Assembly: GCA_004284765.1 (NCBI GenBank)
Contig: NQJD01000012.1
Coordinates: 27,307-59,306 of the forward strand
Source of the DNA: Candidatus Electronema aureum
GTDB taxonomy: Bacteria; Desulfobacterota; Desulfobulbia; Desulfobulbales; Desulfobulbaceae
Direction: 5' to 3'
DNA length: 32,000 nucleotides
A program made the position numbers and the translations under genes. Shown here piece after piece: positions 25,230 through 32,000 of the stretch; position 1 is the first letter of the stretch, and each line of letters begins with the position of its first letter. A model generated the notes under the pieces. That model saw only the letters and a list, made by a program, of their open reading frames with translations. It made no database searches and was not told where the DNA came from.

Positions 25230-27043
25230 ACACTGGAGTTCCTTTCACCAAAGCCATCCATCTGCTCTACGTTCCGACGAAGTTTTGCAACATGCACTGC
25301 CGTTACTGCTACTTGGGCACGCTCACGACTGCCAGGCCGGAGCCGGACAAGATGCTCGGCACCCTGAACACCGCCCTGGAGCAGCTGCTCGCGCATGGAT
25401 ACCTGCCGTACAACCTCTCCTTTCATGGCGGAGAAGTGACCACGCTGTCCTCCAGCGTGTTAGACCAGCTCTTCAGCATTGCCGCTCGGCATTACGCTGA
25501 TTATGGCGAGGCGATCAAGGCGCAAGGCTTCCGCGTCAATCCCTTGCACATCAAGACCAACCTCCTCAATTTTAATCAGCACGCAGAGGTGTTGGCGAAA
25601 CACCAGGTCTCGATCAGCGGCAGCGTGGATTTGCCCTTGCGTTTGCACGGGCAGTTCCGACGCGACAAGCAGGGCCGCAGCACTTTGGCGCGGATCACCG
25701 AGAATCTCAAACTGCTGGCCACCTACCCTGCGCATAAAAAGATCTCTTGTGTTGTCACCCGCGCCCACCTGGAAGCTGTAGATGAGTTCATATCTGACAT
25801 TAAATATCTTCACTATGAGATTGGCTTGGACATGAGCCGCTTCAATGTTATGTTCGGCTTTGATTCCGGCAAAAACCAAGCTGCGTTTTGTCAGCAGGAA
25901 GCAGGCACGAAAATGCTCACGGAGGTCGAGCAAGTGCAGTTTTATCAGGCAGTGCAGCAAGCGTTCGTCGGCAGCCCATTAGAGAACGCCTTCCGCACGG
26001 AGTGGTTCAAAGAATTCACCCCAGAATACTGCTGCTCCTCTTTCAACTGCGGCGGCAAGTTCTTCCTTCTGCAAGCGGACGGCGAGGTCTTCTCCTGCCC
26101 GCGCGGCCAGTCCTCGCCTGAGTACCGCTTCGGCAACCTCTTCAGCGACGGCGTGGAGGCCATTATCAGCAACGGCTGGAGCGTGATCGAGCGCAATGAG
26201 AACCTGCTCGACATTGACGACGGCTGCGCGGTCTGCCCGTGGCTACCGCACTGCAATCTCGGCTGCCCCTTTGTCCGGCAGGCGGCTGGCCTGAAGCGGA
26301 GCTACACCTGCCTGCTCCAGAAGCAGCTCTATCAGGACGCGCCCGACCGCTGGCCGCCGCTGCCTGCGGACAAAGTCGCCGCCCATGCGCGGAAGTTCTT
26401 TCTCAGCAACAACTTAAAGCGGCTGCGCGGTGAGGTCTATGCGGAAAAAACGCGCGTGATCACGCCGGAATTGTTCACGGATGCAAACCGGCTGGCGGAA
26501 CTCATTCGTCGTGATCCCGGCCTGCAAGCCGTGTACAGCAACGAACTGTTTTTTCTCAGGATCAACGGCGCCGACTACCAGCTCCGCTCGGCAGTGCTGA
26601 AGAACATGGCCGAGATTGAGGTGCTGGATGCGGCCAGCACGGTGCTGCTCGGTGTGCGCGAAGACCTGTTCAGCTTGGCCTGCGATGACGAAATCAGCAA
26701 TTATCTCCATCTGATGCTCTTGCGCGACACCACTGTTGTCTATGGCGACGAGCAGCGCACCAAGCAGGAGCACATCTTTGATTATTCACTCTACAAAAAG
26801 GCCTTCTTCACTGCCGCCACGCAGGAAGGCAAATATTTCCTGCTCGACATCTCCGCTCTGCTGATCAGCCATGCGCGGTTTTATCTCGACGGCGTGCGGA
26901 ACAATTTGTTCATCACCACCAAGGCGTTGCGCGAGCACCATTACGCCAAGCAGCGCAAGAACGCCTTCTATCATATCCAAGCGATTAACTTGCCCTTTCA
27001 GAACTTGGAGTTCTTTTGGCAGAGGGATGAGGCCGCATTTTAG
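25226..27043 (+). CDS. Radical SAM enzyme with SPASM/twitch-type auxiliary cluster region and ~230-aa uncharacterised C-terminal extension
   Basis: The radical SAM motif is CNMHCRYC (CxxxCxxC) within LLYVPTKFCNMHCRYCYLG. The auxiliary Cys clusters are CCSSFNCGGKFFLLQADGEVFSCPRG and CAVCPWLPHCNLGCPF...YTC. The RBS gggaggagggg precedes the GTG at 25226, which is in a 4-nt GTGA overlap with the SDR stop. The ORF track starts at the GTG at 25205. I recognise nothing in the C-terminal third. Confidence 0.8.
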   Translation: MNTGVPFTKAIHLLYVPTKFCNMHCRYCYLGTLTTARPEPDKMLGTLNTALEQLLAHGYLPYNLSFHGGEVTTLSSSVLDQLFSIAARHYADYGEAIKAQGFRVNPLHIKTNLLNFNQHAEVLAKHQVSISGSVDLPLRLHGQFRRDKQGRSTLARITENLKLLATYPAHKKISCVVTRAHLEAVDEFISDIKYLHYEIGLDMSRFNVMFGFDSGKNQAAFCQQEAGTKMLTEVEQVQFYQAVQQAFVGSPLENAFRTEWFKEFTPEYCCSSFNCGGKFFLLQADGEVFSCPRGQSSPEYRFGNLFSDGVEAIISNGWSVIERNENLLDIDDGCAVCPWLPHCNLGCPFVRQAAGLKRSYTCLLQKQLYQDAPDRWPPLPADKVAAHARKFFLSNNLKRLRGEVYAEKTRVITPELFTDANRLAELIRRDPGLQAVYSNELFFLRINGADYQLRSAVLKNMAEIEVLDAASTVLLGVREDLFSLACDDEISNYLHLMLLRDTTVVYGDEQRTKQEHIFDYSLYKKAFFTAATQEGKYFLLDISALLISHARFYLDGVRNNLFITTKALREHHYAKQRKNAFYHIQAINLPFQNLEFFWQRDEAAF

Positions 27044-27080
27044 ATTGATGTTGGAAACAGTGTCTGACAGGAGCAGAACA

Positions 27081-27329
27081 ATGAACCACTTGCAGAATGC
27101 AGTGCTGGCTATCATTTTTTTCAATACGCTGTTGCTCGCAGGCTGCCAGCAAGACAGTCAGGAAAAGGTACTGCGACAGATGCCTGCGAGCCGCACGCTC
27201 TCCTATAATCAAATTGTGTACGTGGAGAATGACGGTCGCTGCGATACTGGTCAAGTGATTAAAGTCACTGGCGGCAAGAAAAGCAAAGGCATTGCAAGGA
27301 AGTATGAATGCGTCAGCCGCCCGCAGTGA
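27081..27329 (+). CDS. Small lipoprotein (82 aa), unknown function
   Basis: The RBS aggag lies at 27069-27073. The signal peptide MNHLQNAVLAIIFFNTLLLAGC carries the canonical lipobox L-A-G-C. The mature part has two further Cys residues (GRCDTG, YECVS). The longer 26871 ORF overlaps the radical SAM gene and I rejected it. Confidence 0.6.
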   Translation: MNHLQNAVLAIIFFNTLLLAGCQQDSQEKVLRQMPASRTLSYNQIVYVENDGRCDTGQVIKVTGGKKSKGIARKYECVSRPQ

Positions 27330-27369
27330 GCGTGGACGCTTGGCCAGCATCGCACATATAAACGTTTCA

Positions 27370-27484
27370 GACTGACCTGCGTATGTCTGCCGGACTTATA
27401 TACGTAAGTCGGAAAGACTTATATGTGTAAGTCCCCATGACTTGCACACGTAAGTCTTTTGGACTGACATGCGTTCCGGCTGAC
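27370..27484. repeat. Five direct repeats with an exact 23-bp phase, each built on the palindromic core GACTTA-N6-TAAGTC (operator- or iteron-like array)
   Basis: Copies start at 27370, 27393, 27416, 27439 and 27462. Their sequences are gactgacctgcgtatgtc, gacttatatacgtaagtc, gacttatatgtgtaagtc, gacttgcacacgtaagtc and gactgacatgcgttccgg. The central two have perfect 6-bp inverted arms and the outer copies are degenerate. The array is intergenic, about 100 bp upstream of the ATG at 27584. Confidence 0.9.
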
Positions 27485-27583
27485 CGCCGCTGTTCTTGAC
27501 AAAACTGATCAGATATTCATCACCCCGCATCAGCATCTTGCATCCCAAAGAAGGGATTTTTCCCTCTGCCGGAAGGAGCCGTT

Positions 27584-28018
27584 ATGAATCTGGATATTGC
27601 ATCAGCTTCACCCGCCATCAAGCGCGACTCTGCGCTGGAGAAAAAACTTGATGCTTATTTGACGCAGGCGGGCATCAAGGACAAAGCCAAGGCGCGGTCT
27701 CTGGCGCAGCGGCATTTCTCCGCTCATGCCAAAGAATATCCTTATCTGCTCTTTCGAGGCGGAACACTGTATCTCTTCACCGCAGGCGGCCTCAGCGCGG
27801 CAGAGCAGCTGCCCGGCACCAACGCCGCAGATTACCTGCGCTTTGACAGCGAACGCATCAGCAGGCTGGATCCGCTCTATTATCTTGGCCCAGAAGGAGA
27901 AGCAGGGAACTTCACCGAAGACGGCTGGATATATGGGGGCGGCGGCAACAGCAATAACAATAATAATAACAATAACAACAATAATAACAATAACGGCAAC
28001 AACGGGAACAACGGCTGA
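27584..28018 (+). CDS. Hypothetical soluble protein with C-terminal poly-Asn tail
   Basis: The RBS ggaaggag lies 7 nt upstream of the ATG. The protein is 144 aa with no signal peptide. It ends GGGGNSNNNNNNNNNNNNNNGNNGNNG, encoded by mixed AAC/AAT codons at about 27947-28015. Confidence 0.6.
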   Translation: MNLDIASASPAIKRDSALEKKLDAYLTQAGIKDKAKARSLAQRHFSAHAKEYPYLLFRGGTLYLFTAGGLSAAEQLPGTNAADYLRFDSERISRLDPLYYLGPEGEAGNFTEDGWIYGGGGNSNNNNNNNNNNNNNNGNNGNNG

Positions 28019-28039
28019 TACAGGCGGGAGACCGGGATA

Positions 28040-28867
28040 ATGCTTCCCAAGATAGGCAGAATTATATTGTATTGCATCCTGACGGCCATCATCGCTATTA
28101 GCGTTTGGCAATTGAAAGAGCTGCCCCTTTCCTCTGATCGGAATATATTTAAAATTATCTCCTACGTGCTGGCATTCCTTATGCTGCCCTTGGCCTTCTG
28201 GCAATGGAAGAAGATCAGGCCGTATAAAAAGCGCACGTGGATGAGCGAGAATCCGGCGGAGTTCAGCTCAGATATGATTGACTGCTACGTGCGCTTCACC
28301 GGGAAAATCACATCAGAAAAGGCGCACCGCCTGCCTTTGAGCAGCAGCGAATGCGTCTTTTACATTGCCTCGGTTGTTGCAGAATGGCAGACCAAGGCGA
28401 AGAAACCAAGCAAGGGCATGGAGACGCAGCGCAAGCCGCTCCTGCGCGAGCAGTCTGCGGATGAACTGATGTTGGAAGGCAGTGACGGCCCGGTATATGT
28501 GAAGGTGGAGGACTTCAGCGCGAACTGGCTGGAGCTGCGCAAGCGGGAGAAAACGCAGGCGAACTGCCCGTCGCGGCTTGCAGGCAAAGCGGAAAGCAAG
28601 TATACAACGTACCGGCTGCTGGAACGCTATCTTGAACACGGCGACAAGGTGGCCGCGCAGGGCAGGCTGTCGCGGAATACTGATGGCCGCTTGTTCATCA
28701 AGCCGACTAAGAGGCTGGAATATCCCTCGTTTTTCGCCGTTGAAACAGAGCTTGCCCAGCTGACCAACACCATTGCCGACAAATCCAACCATGATGCGTG
28801 GGTGAAGCGCATCAACGTTGGCTTCCTGCTTATCAATGCGCTGGTGTTCTGTCTTCTCTGGCATTGA
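28040..28867 (+). CDS. Membrane protein resembling bacterial GIDE-domain proteins (two N-terminal TM helices, a central beta-rich domain and a C-terminal TM helix)
   Basis: The N-terminal TM helices are IGRIILYCILTAIIAISVW and IISYVLAFLMLPLAFWQW, and the C-terminal one is INVGFLLINALVFCLLW. The core motif YVRFTGKITSEKAHRLPLSSSECVFYIASVVAEW matches my memory of the GIDE family signature (V.G....pl.sP.s...Cv.y...v). The gene starts 21 nt after the previous stop. Confidence 0.5.
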   Translation: MLPKIGRIILYCILTAIIAISVWQLKELPLSSDRNIFKIISYVLAFLMLPLAFWQWKKIRPYKKRTWMSENPAEFSSDMIDCYVRFTGKITSEKAHRLPLSSSECVFYIASVVAEWQTKAKKPSKGMETQRKPLLREQSADELMLEGSDGPVYVKVEDFSANWLELRKREKTQANCPSRLAGKAESKYTTYRLLERYLEHGDKVAAQGRLSRNTDGRLFIKPTKRLEYPSFFAVETELAQLTNTIADKSNHDAWVKRINVGFLLINALVFCLLWH

Positions 28868-29097
28868 GACCGCAGCCGCCATTCCTCGTAATAGTGGTCG
28901 TTCAAGCAGAAGTCACGCCCGCCCCAGCAGATGAGCATGGGTTTGTCCCGCAGCCGCTAACGGGGATTATGTGCTGCCAGAATTTTTAGCGGCTCGGCAG
29001 TGAGCAGCCTCAGCATCCGGGTGGATAATTATGCCGCGCTGAAGGAGAGGAGATGATCAGAAACAGCTCTACGCAGGGGATATGAGGACGTGAACGT

Positions 29098-29120
29098 CAG
29101 GGCGCGCTGTACGCGCCCTG
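29098..29120 (-). terminator. Perfect 9-bp GC-rich hairpin just downstream of the cupin gene (minus strand)
   Basis: The stem CAGGGCGCG (29098-29106) pairs with CGCGCCCTG (29112-29120) around the loop ctgta. It lies 14 nt beyond the cupin stop codon (29134-29136). There is no clear U-tract on either strand. Confidence 0.5.
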
Positions 29121-29133
29121 CTTGTGCCGTGTG

Positions 29134-29451
29134 CTACGACCTGATCATGGTCAGCAGCATCTTGAACGGCTTGACCGCGTGCAGGGCGTGCGGCACTTGA
29201 GCAGGCATGATGATCATCTCGCCCTGCTGAAGATGAAAGGGCTGGCCACCCACGGTGATGTCTGCCTCGCCGTCGAGTATCTGCACCATCGCGTCAAACG
29301 GGGCGGTGTGCTCGCTCAGGCCCTGATCCACATCAAAGGCAAAGAGCGTGACCGTGCCGGTCAACTTACTGAGGAGCGTCTTACTGACCACCGCTCCTTC
29401 CTGATATGCCGCCAGCTCTGTTAGCCGCATGACCTTCGCTTCGTGCTGCAT
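29134..29451 (-). CDS. Cupin-domain protein
   Basis: The protein is 105 aa. It shows a cupin-like two-motif pattern (..FDVDQGLSEHTAPFDAMVQILDGEADITVGG..GEMIIMPAQVPHAL..). Confidence 0.75.
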   Translation of the reverse strand: MQHEAKVMRLTELAAYQEGAVVSKTLLSKLTGTVTLFAFDVDQGLSEHTAPFDAMVQILDGEADITVGGQPFHLQQGEMIIMPAQVPHALHAVKPFKMLLTMIRS

Positions 29452-29645
29452 GATTGCTCCATAGGTGGACTTCCGGTGTTGGTCGTGCCTGCAATTATAC
29501 CGCCTTCCCGTAACAACGCCGAGTCCTTTTCAGAAGAAAGTGTCTGCCTGCTACCACCTGCCCGCATTTTGTGCTACAGTACCAAGCAAAACTAACCCTG
29601 CCAGCGGGATGCGTTGGCAGGGCAGCACTTCAAAAGAGAGGAGGA

Positions 29646-30950
29646 ATGATGGCAGCTCATTGTGACAAAGAACCGAGACAGGCTTGGATCACCACCTTTG
29701 CCGGGATAGCGGTCAACCTGTGCTTAGGGATACTTTACGCCTGGAGCATGTGGTCTAAGTCCCTGACTGGCGGCAGTCCCGGCCAGCCTATGCCCGGCCT
29801 GAATGAAGGCTGGATCTATCTAACCAACGGCCAGGCAGCGACCCCGTTATCGGTGTGCATGATCACCTTTGCCCTGCTGATGATTCCCGGCGGACGGATT
29901 CAGGACAAGATCAGCCCCAGATTCGGGGCAACGCTGGGCGGGCTGCTTCTGGCCGCAGGCTGTATTGTCGCGGGCCTGATGAAGAGCTACACCGGCCTGA
30001 TCATCGGCTTTGGCATCCTCGGTGGCATGGGCATGGGCATCGGTTATGCTGCGCCTACTCCGGCAGCCCTGAAGTGGTTTGGCCCGCATCGCCGAGGATT
30101 GATCGCTGGACTGGTGGTAGGTGGTTACGGCGGCGCAGCTCTGTACATCGGCCCGCTTTCCAAATACCTGATTGACAACTTTGGCATCTCCAAGAGCTTC
30201 ATCTATCTGGGCATCTTCTTTGCCACCGTGGTAGTTGTGGCGGGCCAACTGCTCAAAACGCCGAACGAGGTCTATCCTGATGGCTCTTATGTGCCGCCCG
30301 CCCCTAAGTGCGCACGTACTACCAAGGTGGCAGCAGCAGCCACGAAGCACGACTGGCGGGCGAGGGAGATGCTGCGCACGTGGCAGTTCTACGCGCTGGC
30401 CTTCATGTTCATTCTCACCACTCAGTCGGGGATGCTGATCATCGCCAATGCTGCCAAGCTGCTGACAACAGCAGGCGCGGGACAATATGCCTGGTTGCTG
30501 GTCGCTTATGGCGGGCTGGTCAATGCCTTTGGCCGCGTGGGTACTGGCTTTTATTCCGATAGAATAGGCCGGACGAACGCCTACACCTTGAACTGTGCGG
30601 TCTCAGCCGTCTGTCTGCTGTTAGTCCCTTACGCGATGAGAAGCCAAAACATTCTGCTGCTCTTCATCGTCGTGGGCAATGCCTACTGGCAGTACGGTGG
30701 TGGCCTGTCCCTAATGCCGCTCTTCACCGGTGACTTTTACGGCGCGAAGAACTTGGGCGTGAACTACGGGCTGGTCTTTATCGGCTGGGGCCTTGGCTCG
30801 TTCATGGCCAAGCTCGGCGGGGTGATTCAGGACAGAACCGGCAGCTTAGACTATGCCTTCTACATCTCAGCAGGACTGCTGGTGGTTGGCTCTGTGCTGG
30901 CGCAGGTGGTGAAGCGGCCACGATGGGCGGAGGAGAAGGCAGCGGGGTGA
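29646..30950 (+). CDS. MFS transporter, oxalate/formate antiporter (OFA)-like family
   Basis: The RBS agagaggagga precedes the ATG at 29646. The ORF track's 29571 start adds a non-membrane leader. About 12 TM segments are present. The N-terminal motif is FAGIAVNLCLGILYAWSMW. A central cytoplasmic loop lies around PNEVYPDGSYVPPAPK. Confidence 0.8.
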   Translation: MMAAHCDKEPRQAWITTFAGIAVNLCLGILYAWSMWSKSLTGGSPGQPMPGLNEGWIYLTNGQAATPLSVCMITFALLMIPGGRIQDKISPRFGATLGGLLLAAGCIVAGLMKSYTGLIIGFGILGGMGMGIGYAAPTPAALKWFGPHRRGLIAGLVVGGYGGAALYIGPLSKYLIDNFGISKSFIYLGIFFATVVVVAGQLLKTPNEVYPDGSYVPPAPKCARTTKVAAAATKHDWRAREMLRTWQFYALAFMFILTTQSGMLIIANAAKLLTTAGAGQYAWLLVAYGGLVNAFGRVGTGFYSDRIGRTNAYTLNCAVSAVCLLLVPYAMRSQNILLLFIVVGNAYWQYGGGLSLMPLFTGDFYGAKNLGVNYGLVFIGWGLGSFMAKLGGVIQDRTGSLDYAFYISAGLLVVGSVLAQVVKRPRWAEEKAAG

Positions 30951-31040
30951 GCAGTGCCGCTCCTCCAGCAACGCCGCCTTGTCCATTGCAAGCCGGGCGA
31001 GAATTCCCAGCCCGGCTGCCTGTCTCTTACGGATCAAGCT

Positions 31041-31868
31041 CTATTCAATATTCCCTTTCCGCTGCACCAGTGCTGTGCAGTCTGGTTCAATGAACCATGC
31101 TCCTTTGGCATTGTCTCGAAGGTCATTGTCTGTAAAGGTACCACCTCCTTTGTCGCATACCGTAATACCTTCCCAACCGTTCTTAGAGATGATATTACGC
31201 CGCAAGGTCGGGTTGCCGCCTGTCGTGATCCGCACACCGCCCACTGCGTTGGCAAATATCTCATTGTCCTCCAGTGTCCCTTGGACATTGCCAGAGACAA
31301 AGACACCGAAATCCTTCTCATCATGAATACGATTACTGCGCAAGGTCGGGTTGCCGCCTGTCGTGATCACCACACCGGCGACCGCGTTAGCAAATATCTC
31401 GTTGTCCTCCAGCGTCCCTTTGCCATTGTCACAGACAAAGACACCGCTTCTCCCCCCATCATGAATGCGGTTGCGGCGCAGGGTCGGGTTGCCGCCGTCA
31501 CTGATCTTCACACCGGAGAACGCGTTGGCAAATATCTCGTTATCCTCCAGCGTTCCTTTGCCGTTGTCCCAGACAAAGACACCGTCTTGCTTCCCATCAT
31601 GAATGCGGTTACGCCGTAGGGTCGGGTCTGCGCCGCTGTGGATTGTCACACACGACCAACTTTGACTGGAGATGTCGCAATCCTCCAGCGCAAGTCTGCC
31701 TTGGGCAATATCAACACCATACCAGTAATCGCCACCAGTTTGACGCAGAGTCAGGTTGGCGATGCGTCCATTGTCGGCTTTGAATAGAACAACAGTCTTG
31801 TCAGCAGCCTCAATCACAATATCGTCTCGCTTCCCATCACCTATGATCTCCACCGGCTTATCAATCAC
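31041..31868 (-). CDS. Right-handed parallel beta-helix (PbH1) repeat protein, possibly N-terminally truncated
   Basis: The protein carries 46-aa repeats of the form GNPTLRRNRIHDGxxxGVFVxDNGKGTLEDNEIFANAxxGVxIxxG. The annotated start is a GTG. The frame is open only to 31892, so the usual leader before ..IDKPVEIIGDG.. is absent. Confidence 0.75.
   Translation of the reverse strand: MIDKPVEIIGDGKRDDIVIEAADKTVVLFKADNGRIANLTLRQTGGDYWYGVDIAQGRLALEDCDISSQSWSCVTIHSGADPTLRRNRIHDGKQDGVFVWDNGKGTLEDNEIFANAFSGVKISDGGNPTLRRNRIHDGGRSGVFVCDNGKGTLEDNEIFANAVAGVVITTGGNPTLRSNRIHDEKDFGVFVSGNVQGTLEDNEIFANAVGGVRITTGGNPTLRRNIISKNGWEGITVCDKGGGTFTDNDLRDNAKGAWFIEPDCTALVQRKGNIE
31211..31636 (-). repeat. Tandem 138-bp (46-aa) DNA repeats within the beta-helix gene
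   Basis: The motif cgcaaggtcgggttgccgcc (and variants) recurs at 31211, 31349, 31487 and 31625, giving an exact 138-bp period. Three full units show high nucleotide identity. Confidence 0.9.
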
Positions 31869-32000
31869 AATGCCACCTAATGTGCAACTCTTTTAAACTT
31901 GATTAGGCAGCAATCAAGCCATCCAAGTCAAGTGGAGGGCGGTTATAGACCAAATTAAGGAAGACACAAACAGTGTGCGCCAAAATTTTACGAATCAGAC

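Noticed and set aside
24243-25960. Multiple alternative-frame and antisense ORFs (66-166 aa) in the SDR gene and the 5' part of the radical SAM gene.
   Set aside because: This is a very GC-rich stretch. The products are Arg/Ala/Pro-rich, and the annotated frames carry the Rossmann, YxxxK and CxxxCxxC motifs.
22522-27043. The idea that the sulfatase-fold EptA and the anSME-like radical SAM/SPASM enzyme form a sulfatase and maturase pair.
   Set aside because: EptA-type enzymes use a Thr nucleophile (GTSTA here) and lack the C/S-x-P-x-R formylglycine motif. The two genes also differ sharply in base composition and are separated by the SDR gene.
27370-27484. Possible CRISPR array.
   Set aside because: The period is only 23 bp, made of an 18-bp box and a 5-bp linker. 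There are no spacer-length unique segments, the repeats degenerate outward, and no cas genes are nearby.
27496-27501. A TTGACA hexamer as the -35 element of a sigma-70 promoter for the poly-Asn/GIDE-like pair.
   Set aside because: There is no acceptable -10 hexamer at 16-18 bp spacing (atcacc at 17 bp). I cannot support a promoter call from sequence alone.
27608-28204. A 198-aa minus-strand ORF with a hydrophobic V/I-rich segment.
   Set aside because: The hydrophobic segment is the reverse complement of the Asn-codon tract. The ORF bridges the gap between two RBS-preceded + strand genes and has no RBS of its own.
28313-28938. Minus-strand ORFs (189, 79 and 103 aa) over the GIDE-like gene and its 3' flank, including a CWGGRDFCLNDHYYEEW stretch.
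   Set aside because: They mostly overlap the better-supported + strand gene. The short non-overlapping part (28868-28938) has no start context or recognisable domain.
29847-30485. A 212-aa minus-strand ORF and short + frame ORFs within the MFS transporter gene.
   Set aside because: The + strand frame encodes about 12 regular TM helices. The alternatives are Arg/Gln/His-rich shadows.
30954-31619. A 221-aa + strand ORF with internal repeats (RVAACRD.HT...KYL.VLQ).
   Set aside because: It is the mirror image of the minus-strand beta-helix repeats. It starts with an alternative codon, has no RBS, and its periodicity is inherited from the 138-bp cassettes.

Overview
This is a 32-kb chromosomal segment from a diderm (Gram-negative) bacterium. 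Ferredoxin, nitroreductase and radical-SAM genes suggest an anaerobe, possibly Desulfobacterota-like, but that taxon call is low confidence. I found no rRNA, tRNA or CRISPR. Nearly all genes are on the + strand, and several are linked by 4-nt GTGA/ATGA start/stop overlaps.

Gene order:
- A giant coiled-coil protein with an OmpA-like peptidoglycan anchor; its 5' end lies outside the window.
- A predicted Cys/His hydrolase, a small exported protein and an RlmD/RumA-type rRNA methyltransferase, all overlap-coupled.
- A short IS1-like transposase relic.
- A YpfJ zinc metallopeptidase.
- An envelope cluster: lipoprotein, DUF3108-like protein and a 1668-aa AsmA/DUF748-like protein carrying four ~180-aa tandem repeats.
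- An AT-rich type II m5C restriction-modification module.
- Housekeeping genes: purF, ferredoxin, nitroreductase, a lipoprotein, coaBC and yjgA.
- A strongly AT-rich EptA/MCR-like phosphoethanolamine transferase.
- A GC-rich 3beta-HSD-type SDR overlap-coupled to a radical SAM/SPASM enzyme with a ~230-aa extra C-terminal region, followed by a small lipoprotein.
- An intergenic array of five 23-bp-phased palindromic boxes.
- A two-gene module: a poly-Asn-tailed protein and a GIDE-like membrane protein.
- A cupin (minus strand), an OFA-type MFS transporter, and a beta-helix repeat protein (minus strand).

The best candidates for undescribed biology are:
- the phased operator-like array together with the poly-Asn/GIDE-like pair;
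- the SDR plus extended radical SAM/SPASM module;
- the Cys/His hydrolase plus exported partner;
- the repeat-expanded AsmA-like envelope cluster.

All functional calls rest on motif recognition by eye. No searches were run.
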